A stretch of DNA of 64,000 nucleotides from Chrysomallon squamiferum (GCA_012295275.1 CM022679.1:22258001-22322000), one strand, 5' to 3'. Positions 13,206-28,804 are shown, counted from the first letter of the stretch. Translations and numbers: made by a program. Notes: a model not told the origin generated them from the sequence alone.

Positions 13206-15201
13206 AGTTACTGTTTTATTTTTAGGCGAACTTCGAAATACTGATGCACATTAGTACATTACTGAACAATGGATATTCTTAGTTCGACTTGATGATGGTC
13301 ATGCTTCAAACACGCAGGTTGACACTTTCGTTTCTAAAAGAGATAATTTAAAAATATATATATTTATATAGAAACATGCTTTTATTAGATTAATATATTA
13401 GTACATTCAGCTTGTTGTCGAACTATTTATTATAATTTTCTAATTTATTAAAAGTATTTTCAAATTTTTAAATGTTGATTCATAAGTGTGAAACGTAAAT
13501 TAATTTTTAGCATGAAATTAAATAATAGTCTGTGAACACACCATTAGCCTTTCCACTATTACAAAGATCACCTAGAACGGATATCAGCTTACCATAAGTG
13601 GCGTGATGATTAGTTTTCACTTAGTAAGCCTGAACGTATTAGAAACTAAACTGAAAGATTAATATATGTAAAATAAGATATTATATATTATGTATTGCAG
13701 TTTAGTGCTATAATCAGTCAGAAGATTTATATACATGCATACATACATACATATTCACACATATACATATATATCCATACACTACACTTGCAGACAAACA
13801 TATGTTGATACATACATATGCAGACGTCTTCATGCATATATATCTTCATATTGTCTACGTACTTCCTTAACAAACTATTTTAAACAAACCATCTAAATTC
13901 GAACATAATTAACTTACCTGTCTCTTTTTATATATAAATATTTATGTATACAGCGTCATTGTTTGCTGGTTTTCCCTTTTTATATAACATTTATTTTACA
14001 TGTGATCTTTTTTTACTGCGTGTTTTATCAATAAAAATAGAAAATAAATACTAGCATAGTCACAGTGTTCTCGTTTCCTTTTATTTTCATTTACTTATCT
14101 ATTTATTTATTCTTTCTATTTAATTTTGTTTTGTGTGTATGTGTTTATGCTTTAAGCAGAAGCACAAAAAGAATATGTCTTTATATGTTAACACACAGAC
14201 ACCCGCACACGCACACACACACAGCTATTGACAGTAACCGGTAAATGTACAGTACATTTCTCTCGTTTGATGTCGTATATACTTCATACTGCAGTGGATG
14301 TGACGTATTATGATACTGCACATGACGAAACTAAACGCCATATGTCTCTATATGATATGACAGGTATACGATTTATGTATTGATACGATAAGAAATTATA
14401 CAGTTCTACATATTATGTGATAAGTGACCATACGATATTTAAGATGTTGTACAATATGAATTTATACGATATGATTCAATGCTATTTGATATGACAATAC
14501 TTATGAATTCAATTTGATGTAATTACGATAATGATATGGAACGATATAATCAGGACTGAAGTATATTTTGAAGTATATATATATATATATATGATTTACT
14601 AGGAATACAAATTATTTTATGCATCTTGTGTTCAGATAATTATATTCCTAAATTTCATATTGAATTCCAACTTAACAAAACAAATACTTTTGTTTAAAAC
14701 GTACTGATATCACCGTCAGATGATTGTATTAGTAGTGCAAATAAGTACGTAGCGATTGAATTAAAGTCTAATTCGTTAATATCATAAAAAATATCACACT
14801 GGAAATATTACTTATTTGTGATAAATATATAACGTAATACAACTTACACATTTATGTACATTTCTTCTTCTTCTTCTTTATCTTTTTATTATTTTTTAAT
14901 TTCTTTTATTTTAATGTCAAAGAGAGGAAAGTAAATAAAGATCAGCAATATAAAACTTGAAAAGAATTCCTCAAATGGCTGAGACAAAGTTTGAAAGGTT
15001 AAACAGTGTACATATATAGAAAAGTATTCTTGCTTTCTCTTTGTTTTATGGATTGCAATTCACACATAAATACCATACTTGACAAAATGTATCAACGATG
15101 TGATATAATTGTTTTATCACCTTGGTTCATAACAAATGTTTATTTAATAACAATAACAATAATAATAATAATAATAATAATTAATAATTAATAATAAATA
15201 A

Positions 15202-15233
<32 letters not shown>

Positions 15234-15294
15234 GCATTGGATGGAAAGGATTACAGGCAGTAGTTCATTACAAATATACTTGTAATATATTTAT

Positions 15295-15377
<83 letters not shown>

Positions 15378-15752
15378 ATTATTTGATACTTTTAAGTGAT
15401 GAGCTTAGAATATTACAGAATAGTTAACGGAAACGCCATTTATAAATATTTTACATTTTGTATTTTTCAGATCAACTCAAGGGAATTAACAACAACAACA
15501 TTCTTGTTTCGATGCATTTACCTCCCTTGAAAAAATATATAAAATGTTTTTTTTGGTGGTTTTTTTTGGTTTTGTTTGTTTATTTGAACGAAATTCACTA
15601 AATTATTTGTTCTGTGGGCAACAGAAGAATAACCGAAAAAGTGTAATATTCTAAGTCGATGATATTATTATTATTATTAATTGGTGTAGCACTGGATGGA
15701 ACGGATTGCAGCCAGTAGTTCAGAACAAATATACTTGTAATATATTTATATT

Positions 15753-15913
<161 letters not shown>

Positions 15914-16124
15914 ACCCGTTCAGTTACAATTATATCATTAAATCATTGCCAATTTGCCCTTTGCTCAGCCTATTAGTGGTTTTTCATTCTCTGTCGCTTG
16001 TTATTGTACATTCTTGCTTTATTATTATTTTGTCCACACTGGCGTTCAGAGAGAAGTCAAACGACAAAGTGGAAGTATACTCAGTGTATTTAGAATTTTT
16101 GTTCTTTCATCGTTTATATATATA

Positions 16125-16344
16125 CAGGGTGTCCCAGAAGTCACGCACCATGAAGATTTTTATTTAGATACATATGAATAAAATTTTTATTAATAATAAT
16201 CATAACAAATGCTCAAATTGCTTGCCCTCTGCATTGATACATACTTCAGTTCTCTTTATAAAACTGTTTTTTACTCTGTAATACAAAAAAAAAAAAAAAA
16301 AAATTATATGCATGTATATGGTGCGCGACTTCTGGGACACTCTG
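16125..16344. mobile_element. Tc1/mariner-type MITE, 220 bp
   Basis: TIRs CAGGGTGTCCCAGAAGTCACGCACCAT and ATGGTGCGCGACTTCTGGGACACTCTG, flanked by TA. The empty site is present in the paralogous repeat at about 3836-3850. Confidence 0.92.
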
Positions 16345-16599
16345 TATATTAACGGTTCAGACATATATGAGTTATTTCCCCTGCGGCTATAGACATCGAT
16401 TCATTGCTCCAGTTAACAACAGTTGAAGCACAATACGTAAAATTCCATCAAAAACAAAGAAAAGGAAATGAGATAATTAGAGATGATCATACGATCACCA
16501 TCTGTGATATTTTAAAATCAATTTCTAAAACTGTTTCGCTTATATAAATATCTAGCGCGATACTCTGACGTAACAAAATGGTAATGATTTGTTTAACTT

Positions 16600-18983
16600 C
16601 CACTGCCATGGGATCGTTAATTGATTTTGAGCCGAATGTGAATATTATATAAAACACGGTGAAGAACATATTAAGACAGTTATATAAATTCGTACTATGA
16701 AACTAAATGTAACAGTTCCCTAAGTCACTCAACACAACGTCTGAGCCAGTATTGAACATGTTTGGTTTCTGTTTTGTTTTGGTCGCGCCACCACTGTCGC
16801 TCCTCCCACCAGTGTTGCCAAATTAGCTGATTTCCGGCAAGATTTAGCCAAATTTGGCAGAATTTGGCCGAAAATTTTTTCATTTAGTGGCTAGATTTTT
16901 TGTAAGAATACTTGAGAAACTATTCATAAAAATGCACAGATAAATTTAGCCGTTTTCTTTAGCCATTTACTATTAAGTCTAGCCAGTTTTTAGCCATTTT
17001 CAAAGCTAGTTCTAGCCGATTTCTGTATGAGCCATCTGGCAACACTGCCTCCCACTTACCTAGTGTTGTACTCGCACTTGCAGTGACACGTAGTTAGTTT
17101 TGTTTGAGTGATTCTTAACCCTTTAAAAATGAGTGTAAGAAAGAGAAAGTACAGCGATGATTTCTGGAAGTGGGGATTCACTGACATAGTTATTGCAGGT
17201 GTGGAAAGACCACAGTGTGTAGTATGTTTGGAAGTTCTTGCTCATGAGTCTATGAAACCAGCTAAACTTCAAAGACATCTCCAAACTGATTTGAAAGATA
17301 AAAGTATTGACTTTTTGAAAGCAAAAGTTGTTGGTGTCAAAAGCCGCCGGCTTGATAGCAGTGGATTATTTCAAAACAAAAATTTAGCCGCCATTGAAGC
17401 TTCATTCACGGTTGCATTAAGAATAGCACATGCTAGAAAACCACACACAACAGCTGAGAATCTTAGTTTTCCATGCACCAAAGATATTGTACGTCTCATG
17501 ATCGGTCCTGAAGCAGTAAATAAATTATCGCCTTTCTCCGTGTCAAACAATACGGTAAAACTACTGCTGCTGATATTTTTGATAATTTCTTCAAAGAACA
17601 TTCAATCGAATGGGAGAAATTGTGCGGAGTTTGTACTGACGGGGCACCTGCAATGCTCGGCTGTAAGTCTGGCTTCCAATCGTTAGATAAAAAAGTGACT
17701 CCAGAAGTAACTGGGACTCACTGCATGATTCATCGACAAGTATTAGCTACCAAGACGTTACCTGAACCATTCAAAGAAGTGCTTAACCGATTAAAGCAGT
17801 AAATGTCGTTAAATCAAGGGCACTTGCAACACGGCTCTTCAAAGTTTTATGTGAAGATTTGGGTTCAACGCATGAAGCACTATTGTTTCACACAGATGTA
17901 AGGTGGCTCTCGAAAGGAAAGGCGTTGAAGAGATTTTTTGAATTGAGAGGAGAGCTGCAAATATTTCTCGCTTCTCAAAATGCAAGCGAATATGAATCAT
18001 TGTTTACGGATGAATTTACGTTGTGCATATTGGCATACCTGGTCGACATTTTTGAGATATTTAATAGTATTAATACAGGATTACAGGGTAAGGAAAGTAC
18101 GATAATATCTTTGTCTGAAAAGATATCGTCTTTCAAAATGAAATTGGAACTCTGGATCACCAAAATTAACCAAAAGAAATTATACATGTTTCCAACACTT
18201 GCCCAATTTGTTGAAGAAGCGGCAAATGAAATTAACATTGATGACTTATATGGCTTGATACAATAGCATTTGGAAAATCTTACTGTTCAAATAAGAAGTT
18301 ATTTTCCTGATGAATGTTGCAAATCTTTCTCCCTTACAATCAACCCTTTCAATGCCAGTGTATCTGATGTCCCTGAAGCAGCAGAAGAAGAGTTCATCGA
18401 CTTAACAAACAATTTTGAAGCTAAATCATGGTTTTGTGAACTGCAACTACAAGAATTTTGGGCAAAAAGTTTCCAAAAATTCCCAGTAATATCAGAAATC
18501 GCAATAAGGAATTTATTACCGTTCCCAACAACTTACTTATGTGAAGCAGCATTCTTAAAAACAAGTACCGAAATAAATTAAATGTGGAACACGACTTGAG
18601 GTGTGCTATATCGACAACGGAGCCCAGGATAGAATTGCTAGTTAAAAAACTGCAATACCAGCCGTCTCATTAAGGTCAGTTCATAAACATACTTCACATA
18701 ACGGTGGAAATTTGTGTGTTCGAATAATTTTGAATTGATTTGCAATTAATTAATGTTTGTAGGAGCTTTGGAATTTTTTATGAATAAATTTGAAATTAAT
18801 CATGAATTTACGGAACGTATAGTTACTTCACGAATAAATAATCTATAATTCAATAATCGCAATATATGGCAGTTTGTTGTACAAAAAAACTGAATGTATA
18901 TATAAGATATTTTAAGGATTGGGGTCGCTTCCTGATTGCTTGTTCTAAAATGGGTCGCTATATTTGAAAGGTTGGGAACCACT
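16600..18983 (+). mobile_element. Degenerate Buster-type hAT transposon (ZBED5/ZBED8/SCAND3-like transposase pseudogene, about 17129-18673)
   Basis: Fragmented ORFs give RKRKYSDDF..WGF, PQCVVC..L..ESMKPAKLQRHL (BED finger), CTDGAPAM.G, THCMIHRQ.LA, LLFHT.VRWLSKG and LLPFPTTYLCE (dimerisation domain), with stops, frameshifts and an internal deletion. The right TIR GGTTGGGAACCACTG is followed by GCTTAGAA (nnnTAnnn, Buster-type target). No left TIR seen, so the left boundary is approximate. Confidence 0.9.
16810..17047. mobile_element. hAT-type MITE, 238 bp, with 8-bp TSD
   Basis: TIRs CAGTGTTGCCA and TGGCAACACTG; perfect 8-bp direct repeat CCTCCCAC at 16802-16809 and 17048-17055; internal TAGCC repeats. 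Confidence 0.93.
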
Positions 18984-19353
18984 GGCTTAGAATATTACAG
19001 AATAGTTGACGGAAACGCCATTTATGGATATTTTACGTTTGCTATTTTTCAGATGAACTCAAGGGAATTAACAACAATAACCTTCTTATTTCGATGCATT
19101 TACTTCCCTTGAAAAATATATAACAATTTTTTTAATTTTTTTTGGTTTTGTTTGTTTATTTGAACGAAATACACTAAATTATTTGTTTTCTGGGCAACAG
19201 AAAAATAACCGATAAAGTGTCATATTCTAAATCGATGATGTGACAGAATTATACTGTTATTTTCATTTCCAGACAGTTACATTTAAATAGAGGTATAAAC
19301 ACTTTCCTCCATATACAGTTAATAAGTCCCTTTTCCAATAAGAGACTTACCTT

Positions 19354-19441
<88 letters not shown>

Positions 19442-20973
19442 TTAAAAAAAAAAAAAAAAAAAATTTGAGCCATTCCATTTTTCTTCCAATCAGATTTGTT
19501 TCAGATAAAAATATGGGTTTCTGGGACATTTTCTAAACAGCCTTTCTTCACTTCTTGCAGTCAACTCACATTACTTCTTATCAGTTTTGTTTAAGAGCAG
19601 AATTCTTGGTATTAAGTTACATTTTGCTGCTTATATTTGAAACACATTATATTTAACAACAGTAAGTAATATGTCCAATGTGATATTTTTAACAACAGTG
19701 TGATATTTCTTGATCACATCAGTGAATTAGAGTTAATTTAATACAATGGGCTGCATATTCTGTATCATATGACGGCGATGTCCATATCATTCCAAAGCTT
19801 TATTTTTGTTTTGTTCACTCTGAATTCAATATGAAATTTAATTATCTCGACAAAATATCTTATAAAATAATTTTTATTCCTACATCATATATGCTTCAAA
19901 ATATACAACAATTCTAATTATATCGTATTACTATTATATGATAAGCCTTGTGATATCAAATAGTATTGAACCATGTCGTATAAAATTCATATATAAAATT
20001 GTACATCATACCGTGTCAAATATCGTTACTCATGTGAAGAACTTAATAAAATTATATCGTATCGTTACTTATCTTATCACATATACATATGGCGTATGAT
20101 ATCGTATTGTACAATATCATAATATGCAACATCCTATGCAATATGAAGTCTATACGACATCAAACCATAGAAATGCGTGTTATTGTCGATTACTTTCTGT
20201 AATGAAACATGCCCGTTTGATTACAGAAAACTAATCGCGTCATCAGACAACTTGGTAATGTTTATCTGTCGCTAAATCATATGTCAGTGGAGAACTGGTA
20301 TTTACTGTGCTGTTTTCATACAGTACTATTAATTATTATTTACAATGCACACGAATTAACAGTTAGAAATACTGAAAATTGGGGTCATTCCTATTATATG
20401 TTCATCATAATTGCGAAACCGGTTCTGTTTTGTTTCTTCACTTTGATCTTTGTTATAAAATTTTAGTATTTGTTCATTATTCAAAAAGCGACGTAAAAGA
20501 TAAAAGTGAACGCAACTAACGAAACAACAGATTTAAAAGACGAGTTGGAAAAATAGATATTGTCGTCAGCTATTAACACGCATTAGAATCAGTTCTATTT
20601 TCCCATGAAACAAGATTCTGGTTTGGAAATACAATGTCAAAAAAAAAAAAAAAAAAAATAAATAAATAAATAAATAAATTAAAAATTAACAAATAAAAGA
20701 AAAAAATAATAAACACTGTGAAACTTGAGCTGTTTTCTCCTTCTTCCAGTCAGATTTATTTTTTTTGGATAAAAAAATAATTTTCTCAGGCATTTTTTTT
20801 TACACCATTTCTTATCTGCTTAAAATCGAATTAACATTACGTCCTGCCAGCTTTATTTAAAAATAAAAGTCTTGGTATTAAGTTACATTTCGCTATTTCT
20901 ATTTAAAACGAGTTCGTTTCGTTGCACACAACAAATCGGAACGAATAGCGGCAGCATACATCGAACAAACAAA

Positions 20974-22569
20974 ATGTTTCCAAGTTCCTTTATATCATGT
21001 TTTTTCTTACTGTTACTTACATCTGAATGGTACCAGTCTGTTGATATGACTGCACTGATACACACAGATAAATTAAGAGTCGAACAAAACAAAGATCTGG
21101 AAACTTTGAAAAAGGAATTATTTGAGAAAGAAAAACAGTTTCATAAACTCGCTGATGAAATTTCGATCTTGAGAAGTAATCTTGGTTATGAGAAAATATT
21201 GAATCTTTGTCTAGAATCTGCTCGAGAAGTATTTTCTAAACAGGAAGAAAATCTGAGAGAAACTTTGTGGAAAAAGATGAGAACACGACTACGTACTGAA
21301 AAAAGTAAAAGTTCGTTAGCAGCGAGAGATCTGAGTACAAGACTAAAACTCTTAGAAGGTAAAATAGAATTTGTTTTTGATTTTCAAAATACTTTGAATA
21401 TTACTAAATTTGTTTTAAATATTTTCCCTATTCCTTCTATTCCAATTTTTAAGATATTATTTCTTTATGAATTAACAACATCGGTGATAAAGAATATATG
21501 GCATTATAATAAAAAAATAACACGAGATGAATCATGGATTTTGTGCTTTTTAAATGTAAAAAAAAGAAGAAATTAAACAGTTAAATGTGGTTTTATTACT
21601 CTAATTTATTTATTTATTTATTTATTTATTATTATTATTAATATTATTATTATTATTTATTTATTTATTTATATATTTACTTATTTATTTATCTTATTAC
21701 AAGATATGTCGATTGACACAGATGAACTGCAGTATACCTCAGCTGATAAAAGAATATTTCAGATCGTCAACACTATTAATTCTACTTTTAAGGAAGATAA
21801 CAAGCTATCTAGACCACAGGGCACTGTCACTCTGAACCAGGAAGGAGGTAATACCGTCGTTGTTATCGATTATAATAATAAATGTGTGAAATCATTTTGG
21901 TATGATCCATTTAAAGACAGAGAATACAGAAGCAGGCTAACAGTTGTTTGTTACGACAGAATGGCAAAACTCAGTGAAACACAGGTTGTCGTTGGGTGTT
22001 GGAGTAGTCCAAGGATACAAATAATAAATGTAAACCCTAGTTTGAGTCTTCATTCAACAATCAAAACACCAGAAAACAATAAAGGTCTGGATGCCATGGT
22101 GTCGTCAACTGAAAATGGTCTAGAAAAAAGAATTTTAACAGGTCATGAAAACGGTTTGTCAGTTATCAACCTAAAAGGTGAACTCGTGAAAACAATGGAT
22201 ATGGACATCACAGGAAGAAATTACACAAAGTATCCACGTTTCCTGACATTAACACCTGCTGGTAATGTAATTATTTCAGACAGTAAAATGAGTCTTGTTT
22301 GTATCTCGTTAAACAGAACTGTGTTATGGAGATACAATCAGAAAAGTTCTGCAGGTGTTACCAGTGATGCACAGGGAAACGTGTATGTTGCTGTCTACTC
22401 ATACAATAAAGTAATTCTTTTGTCTCCTGAAGGAAAGTTTATAAAAAATGTTTTAACAAGCAGTGATCACTTAAAAGACCCGAATGCCATATTCTATGAT
22501 TCCAGTACAAGACGACTTTATATTACAGAGTACTTGACTGGGCTGATCAAAATATATGAACATCAATGA
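20974..22569 (+). CDS. Gene A1: predicted secreted coiled-coil + NHL-type beta-propeller protein, 416 aa; exons 20974-21358 and 21704-22569
   Basis: ATG then hydrophobic signal (MFPSSFISCFFLLLLTSEW) and heptad-like segment. Donor G|GTAAAA and acceptor AAG|AT join in phase 1 (GAT), in frame with the 287-aa ORF containing NHL-like blades (P.FLTLTPAGNVIISD, GVTSDAQGNVYVA..YNKVILLSPEGKFI). Confidence 0.9.
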
Positions 22570-23609
22570 CTGACATTAAAACATAAATTACTGTATTCTT
22601 ACTGAACACATAAGAATCTCACTGCAAGTGTAAATGTTAAATTCATATTTTAAACTATGACTGAAAGTTTGAGTTAATATAAATTATTTCTTATTCTTTT
22701 TAGGATTTCAAGCAAATGTATGACGCCATTGACTGAAGTTGAGAAATTAATTATTTCTCAAATAAAAAAGTATTCTTTTGTTTATGATTTCAGAAATGCT
22801 TAAATGAAATATTTAAGAATAAGGTTTTCCTTATGGGGTTTATCATGCATCACTTAACCTTATTTTTGACGGATTGTGAGATTTCAACTGAGAATTATTA
22901 CGGCATATTATATTTTGTTTTTGGTTTTATATTTTATACACATTTGTGTATTCCAGAAAACATTCTGACAGCTGATTCGTGAGGAGAATTTATAAATATT
23001 TATTTATTTATTCGGTTGTATATAAGATTTCACATTGTAGATATTATGTTGTTTTGACATCGTAGTACTGGATATTATGTTAGATAGCGTTATATTATGT
23101 AATCAGAACAAGAAAACAATCAGAATAGTTATATTTACGAACGAAGTACATGTACATATGGATAAATTATAAAATAAAAGCTAGCGTTGGAAAACATTTC
23201 GTTTTATTTTTACTTTTTGTTTTGTTTTGTTTAGTTGATAATATTTTTCTAAGTCTAATGGTACAATAGCCTTCTGTTACATCAGTAGAATTTACTTTGC
23301 AATATTTTCTTTAATTTGTGTTTTTTTTTATCATTATTAGTATTTTTTGTTTATTTGTTTTCACTGAATTTGCGAAGCTAACAAATGGTTTTCTTTCTAT
23401 TTATTTATTTAATAGTAAATTTCTAATTATAGAACTTAATTAATACGTCTTGATTATGCAATCCACCTTTGAAAGAATCAGAACAAAAATCGCATGGTCA
23501 TCCAATGTCATTATTAGACTCAGTGACTCAATTATCTCATCGCTATAAAACAAATATCATTATATTTATTTGGGTTGTTGATACCATGTCAAAATTTATT
23601 GATGTTCAA

Positions 23610-23721
<112 letters not shown>

Positions 23722-23954
23722 CTCTCTCCCAAATATCTCCCTACAACTTAGGTGAAACAGTTGGTTTTTTAAAAAACCTATTATACATATATGTGTGTGT
23801 GTGTGTTAATGATTCTGAAATAACATACATTATTCTATAAAATAAACAACACACCCTTAAACAAAATTTTATAATCCGAAGTAAATATCACACCTTTAAC
23901 ATGGAGGATGTTCGATATTTTGAGAAAATATTTAAATCGAAATTCAGAGGAAAT

Positions 23955-24712
23955 ACTTTCTTAATTCAACCTTTAGGTTAAGACTGCTATGTATAACCTT
24001 TCTTTGGTGATCTCGTAGTATGAACATTGAGGTTGACTGATGTCGTCCTAATTGGATGAAGCATCTTTCATATAACCTACCATGATCAGAAAAAAAAAAG
24101 TCACTTTATTCTTATAAAATCAGCAACGAACACATTTCCTTGGGATCACACTACACACAGTATGGATCTAATATATTATTGTCCCAGAAAGTTTTTCTTT
24201 TCTGAGTGATCAGATCAGATAGAGAGATTTATTACATACAGTGATGTGACCAGCAGGTGTTAATTTAAAATAATAGTTAGTTGTTTGGGGTTTGTTTTAT
24301 TTTTTACCTACAATATCAGTATCCATTGATTTTATGATTTCACCTTGATTATTAATAATTGTTAGACTGTTTTTACAAATCGTGTTTCAAATCGAAACTG
24401 TGATTGCATTGATAATGTGTTATGTCTTAGTTTTATTTTTCATATTTAAATGCAGATTCAGTTTAGGATTTAGATTAATTGACTCTATCTTTGTTTTATC
24501 GTAGTAAATTACAGCGTTTTATTTTTGCTGTCCTATGCCAACCAGTACTTCCTAAATATAACTTAGTTTTAACATTTTCGGAATCATCAGTCACAGTAAT
24601 TTCTCCGGTCTGGAAAATACAGGAAAACACTGTTATCGTCAACAATAGAAATTTTAGCTGTGTTCGTGACTGTAAACTCTCGCTTGCGAAACCAGAGAAA
24701 TCAGTCCTCACC
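23955..24712 (-). pseudogene. Decayed propeller exon-2 relic
   Basis: Manual minus-strand translation: LTIINNQGEIIKSMDTDIVGK..YFKLTPAGHI..ITQKRKTFW..QGNVFVADF..YYEITKERLYIA, with stops and frameshifts. Ends approximate. Confidence 0.75.
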
Positions 24713-24909
24713 TCTATAACTAATAACTAACTAACTAACTAACTAAATAATTAAATAAATAAATAAGATAAGTTAAGATAAGATAAGATAAGATAAGATA
24801 AACTAAGATGTCTGTCTGTATATGTATGTATTCGTGTGCGTTAAGTTGATCCAAAATATACATCCAGACAGTTAATAACATACTATCATAATTTGACATA
24901 TTCAGTAAC

Positions 24910-25100
24910 ATGTCTGGACTGTTGTGTCTTTTTGGTATTCTCATTTTGCTCTTGTTTAAATCCTACCTCAAACTGTATGTTAATGCAGTTGAAAATACAA
25001 GTATTCAGAATTAATAACACACATCAAATGGTCGATAACTTTGAACAGTTAAAATTACTTTTCAATTAACTTTGCAACGAAATCTCTTCTCTAAAAATCC
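24910..25100 (+). pseudogene. Decayed C-like exon-1 relic
   Basis: MSGLLCLFGILILLLFK.. then (frameshift) VFRINNTHQMVDNFEQLKLLFN*LCNEISSLK, aligning to C exon 1 (LRTNSTKRLVDDFGKLKTLFNELSDEISALK). Confidence 0.7.
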
Positions 25101-25486
25101 CCAAGTTGCAGATAAATACAACATGGAAAAACAAGTTACACATCTGCTTATTCTAGAAACAAAGACCTTTTTCTTCAGTCTTAAACTTATGAAATAAACC
25201 ATTTTTGTTGCTATCTTATCTTTGGTTGTATGTTACTATTTTTGTTTCTGTATCTCGAAATTAAAAATGCTTTGAGTAAACTACTGTTGATTGTAAACAT
25301 TTCTTTCACTGCTTACACTCGATAACTGATAGGTCTGGGATTTTTTATCAAATATTTATCGCAAAACTTCGGCTTCAGAGCTTGACATTTTATCATTCGA
25401 CCCGAATACCTAGCTGCAATTTTAGCTGCAATAACGTAAGAGTTCTTCAGAAATAAACGACGTTTTCAAAGCAGGTTGTCTTCACA

Positions 25487-26148
25487 ATGTTTGAGAAAAC
25501 ATTTCTGTTTTATGTTCTGCTGACTTTACTAATACCTCATATTGGATACTGCAATAACACGATTTCGCTTTTGAAGAAAGATAAAACAGAAGGCTCTGTA
25601 GTAAGTAACACTGAATCTTTAGAACGTAAATTAATAGAAAAGGAAAAACTGTTTTATCAACTCGCGGATGATATTGCGAACCTGAAAATGCATCTTGGAT
25701 ACAAACATTTATGGAAAGTGTGTCTTGAATCGGCTCAAGAGGTATTTTTTAATCAGATGGAAGATTTGAAGCAGGTATACTGGGAAAAAGTGATGACCCG
25801 ATTAGCCATTGAGAAAAGGAAAAGTTCTTTGAGATCCCTTTTTTTCAGTCGTTCAGTGAAATTTATGGAAGACGAAACAGGTAATGCTACGTTCTACATT
25901 CTGTCTTATTAAAATAAAATAGAATTCTCTCACACATGAAACATTGCAACGTCATATATATTATTAGTACTCTTTAGTGAAAAAAAATTCAACTAATAAA
26001 GCATTAAAAATTAATAATGCAGTTTCGAAATCTTTAAATGAAATTCGATGCGATATCCTCATAATTTGTATTAATTTCTTTAGTATTGTTATTCCTGTTA
26101 TTTATTGTTGTTGTTGTTGTTGTTGTTCTTCTTCTTATTGTTATTGTT

Positions 26149-26182
<34 letters not shown>

Positions 26183-27240
26183 CTGTTATTTTTGTGATCA
26201 AATTTATTATTATTAATTTTTTAAATAATATTCTGTTATGAATTAACTAAGATTACAAATTTCGATAAATACAACTTTATGTCAGCATGGAACATATTCT
26301 ACCCCGTTATTGAATTATTCAAAAGATTGTAATGTCTTTTTTTTTAATGATGTATATTTTTATTGTAGATGTAAAGAAAAAAATAGTACGTCCGTCTATA
26401 TCAGCAACTGACAGGATATTTTCTATTACTAATACGATTAACGCAACAAGCAAACAAGATAAACACATATCACGACTATACGACATTGTTGTACTTAAAC
26501 AGAACGACACAGACGTCATTGTTGTTACAGACTGGAATAATCAGTGTGTTAAATCATTTTGGTTTGACCCTCTTCAAGACAGAGAATTCTCAAGTAGATG
26601 GTGTACGGACAAGGTGCACACTCTAGCGAAACTTAGCGAAACACGGATTGCTGTAGCCTGCCAAGGTAACAAAACAATTTACATAATAAACGTGGATCCT
26701 GTTTTGAGTCTTCATTCTACCATAAACTCAAACAGTAATAACCTCGGTATTCATGCTTTGACATCGCAAACCCTGACTGGATCAGAAACGCGACTTGTGA
26801 TTGGACATTACAACGGTTTGTCAGTTATCAATCTCAGAGGCGAGATGATCAAATCAATGGAAATAGATATCGCTGGCAGAAAATACGCGAGAAACCCATT
26901 TTTCTTAACAGTGACTACTACTGGTAACATAATTGTGTCAGATGAAACAAATGGTTTAATTTGTATAACAGAGAAAAGACAAATACTGTGGAACTATACA
27001 CTGAAAAACCCACACGACATAGACTGTGATGATGATGGACACGTATACGTTGCAGATTATAATAGAAATAAAGTGATTCTGGTGAGCAGTAACGGAACAT
27101 TTGTTAAAGATGTCCTCTCTACTAATAACGGTATTGCCAAACCATGTGGTCTTCACTATGATTCAATCAAAGGACGATTATATGTAGCTGAAAACCAGTC
27201 TGGCTTGATAAAGATATTTCAACATCAAAGACGTCGATGA
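25487..27240 (+). CDS. Gene B1: predicted secreted coiled-coil + NHL-type propeller protein, 421 aa; exons 25487-25880 and 26369-27240
   Basis: Signal peptide MFEKTFLFYVLLTLLIPHIGYC; donor CAG|GTAATG and acceptor TGTAG|AT, phase 1 and in frame; NHL blades (PHDIDCDDDGHVYVADYNRNKV, PCGLHYD). Confidence 0.9.
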
Positions 27241-27262
27241 TGGCATAAAAATGATTTAAATT

Positions 27263-27309
<47 letters not shown>

Positions 27310-28104
27310 CCAAACGAGTGTACGTGTTCATACCTATATACATATATATTTATATATACACAGACACATTATACTACCGTGTTAGTGTTATCTATGCCTA
27401 ATCGTGTATATGTATATACATACATACACATACACATATGATAATGCTTTTAGACAAATAAAATGATTACAAATATTTAAAAACAAACTTTTCTTACACA
27501 ATCATTATATAATACCTTTGATATATATATTTTTTTCTTATTTTATCTTATTTTTATGTCCATAAATATAACAACATTTTCTAAAATTTAGCCATTTTTA
27601 AAAAAAAAAAAACCCATGTTTAATCTCATTAGAAATAATACTTATTGTTGTTAAATACATAACGTAATAGAAATTTTTAATTTTTTTTTTGTTTTTGTTT
27701 TATTTTTTGGAAAATCAGTAACTGAAGAAAGAGGAATTACAGCGAGGAAAGTAAATAAAGATCAGCATTATAAAACCTGAAAAGAATTCCTAGAATGAAT
27801 GAGACACACGTTTGAAAGGTTAAACAGTGTGCATATATAGCAAAGTATTCTTGCTTTCTCTTTGTTTTTTCGACTGTATTTCACACATTCATTCCATACT
27901 TGATAAAATGTTTCGTCGATGTGACATAATTTTTACATCACCTTTATTCATAACAAATAAGTGAATGTTAATTTAATAAAAACAACATTTATTACTATTA
28001 TTATTATTATTATTATTGTTATTATTGTTATTATTATTATTGGTGTGGCATTGGATGGAACGTGTGATAGCCTATAGTTCTTAAAAATATACTTGTACTA
28101 TATT

Positions 28105-28210
<106 letters not shown>

Positions 28211-28751
28211 ATTACTTGATACTTTTGAATGATGAGATTTGAATATTATAGATAATTGAGGGACACGCCTTTGATGGATATTTCACTTTTGATAATTCGT
28301 TGCAGCATCATTGTTTTTTTCGATCAACTCAAGGGAACTAACAACTAAAACATTTTTCAATCGATGGATTTATCTCCCTTAAAAATATGAAAAGCTATTT
28401 ACGTCAGAACGTCATGGAACAAAAATTATATTTTCATACAAATGTAATATTATATCGGGATATTTTTGTTTTATTTGTATATTGGAACGAAACACACTAA
28501 ATTAATTGTTTTAAGGTCAACAGAAGAATAAACAAGAAAATGTCATATTCTACACTGATGCTGTGACGGAATTATAAAATTATAATATTAATTTCCTTTG
28601 CTAGCAGTCATAAACAGTGGTATATGCACTTTCCTACATACACAATTAATGACTCGCTTTTCTAATATGATACATACCTTTATTTAGTTAGAATTACTTA
28701 GATTTAGAAGTAAGATAATAATAATAATAACAAAAACAAACATTCAGCGGT

Positions 28752-28804
<53 letters not shown>

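Noticed and set aside
17108-18673. Domesticated ZBED-type host gene
   Set aside because: Multiple stops and frameshifts, an internal deletion and a retained TIR indicate a dead transposon.
20872-20973. Non-ATG N-terminal extensions of the A ORFs (also 29371 and 42117)
   Set aside because: Artefact of alternative start codons in the ORF caller; the ATG directly before the signal peptide is the plausible start.
21359-21576. Hydrophobic C-terminal tail of the exon-1 ORF of A genes (possible membrane-anchored isoform)
   Set aside because: It lies past a good donor site at the position conserved across all subfamilies; this is intron read-through with no evidence of retention.
21704-22569. Calling the propeller genes TRIM2/TRIM3/TRIM71/brat orthologs
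   Set aside because: No RING, B-box or filamin exon is seen, and a signal-peptide exon splices in frame; no symbol assigned.
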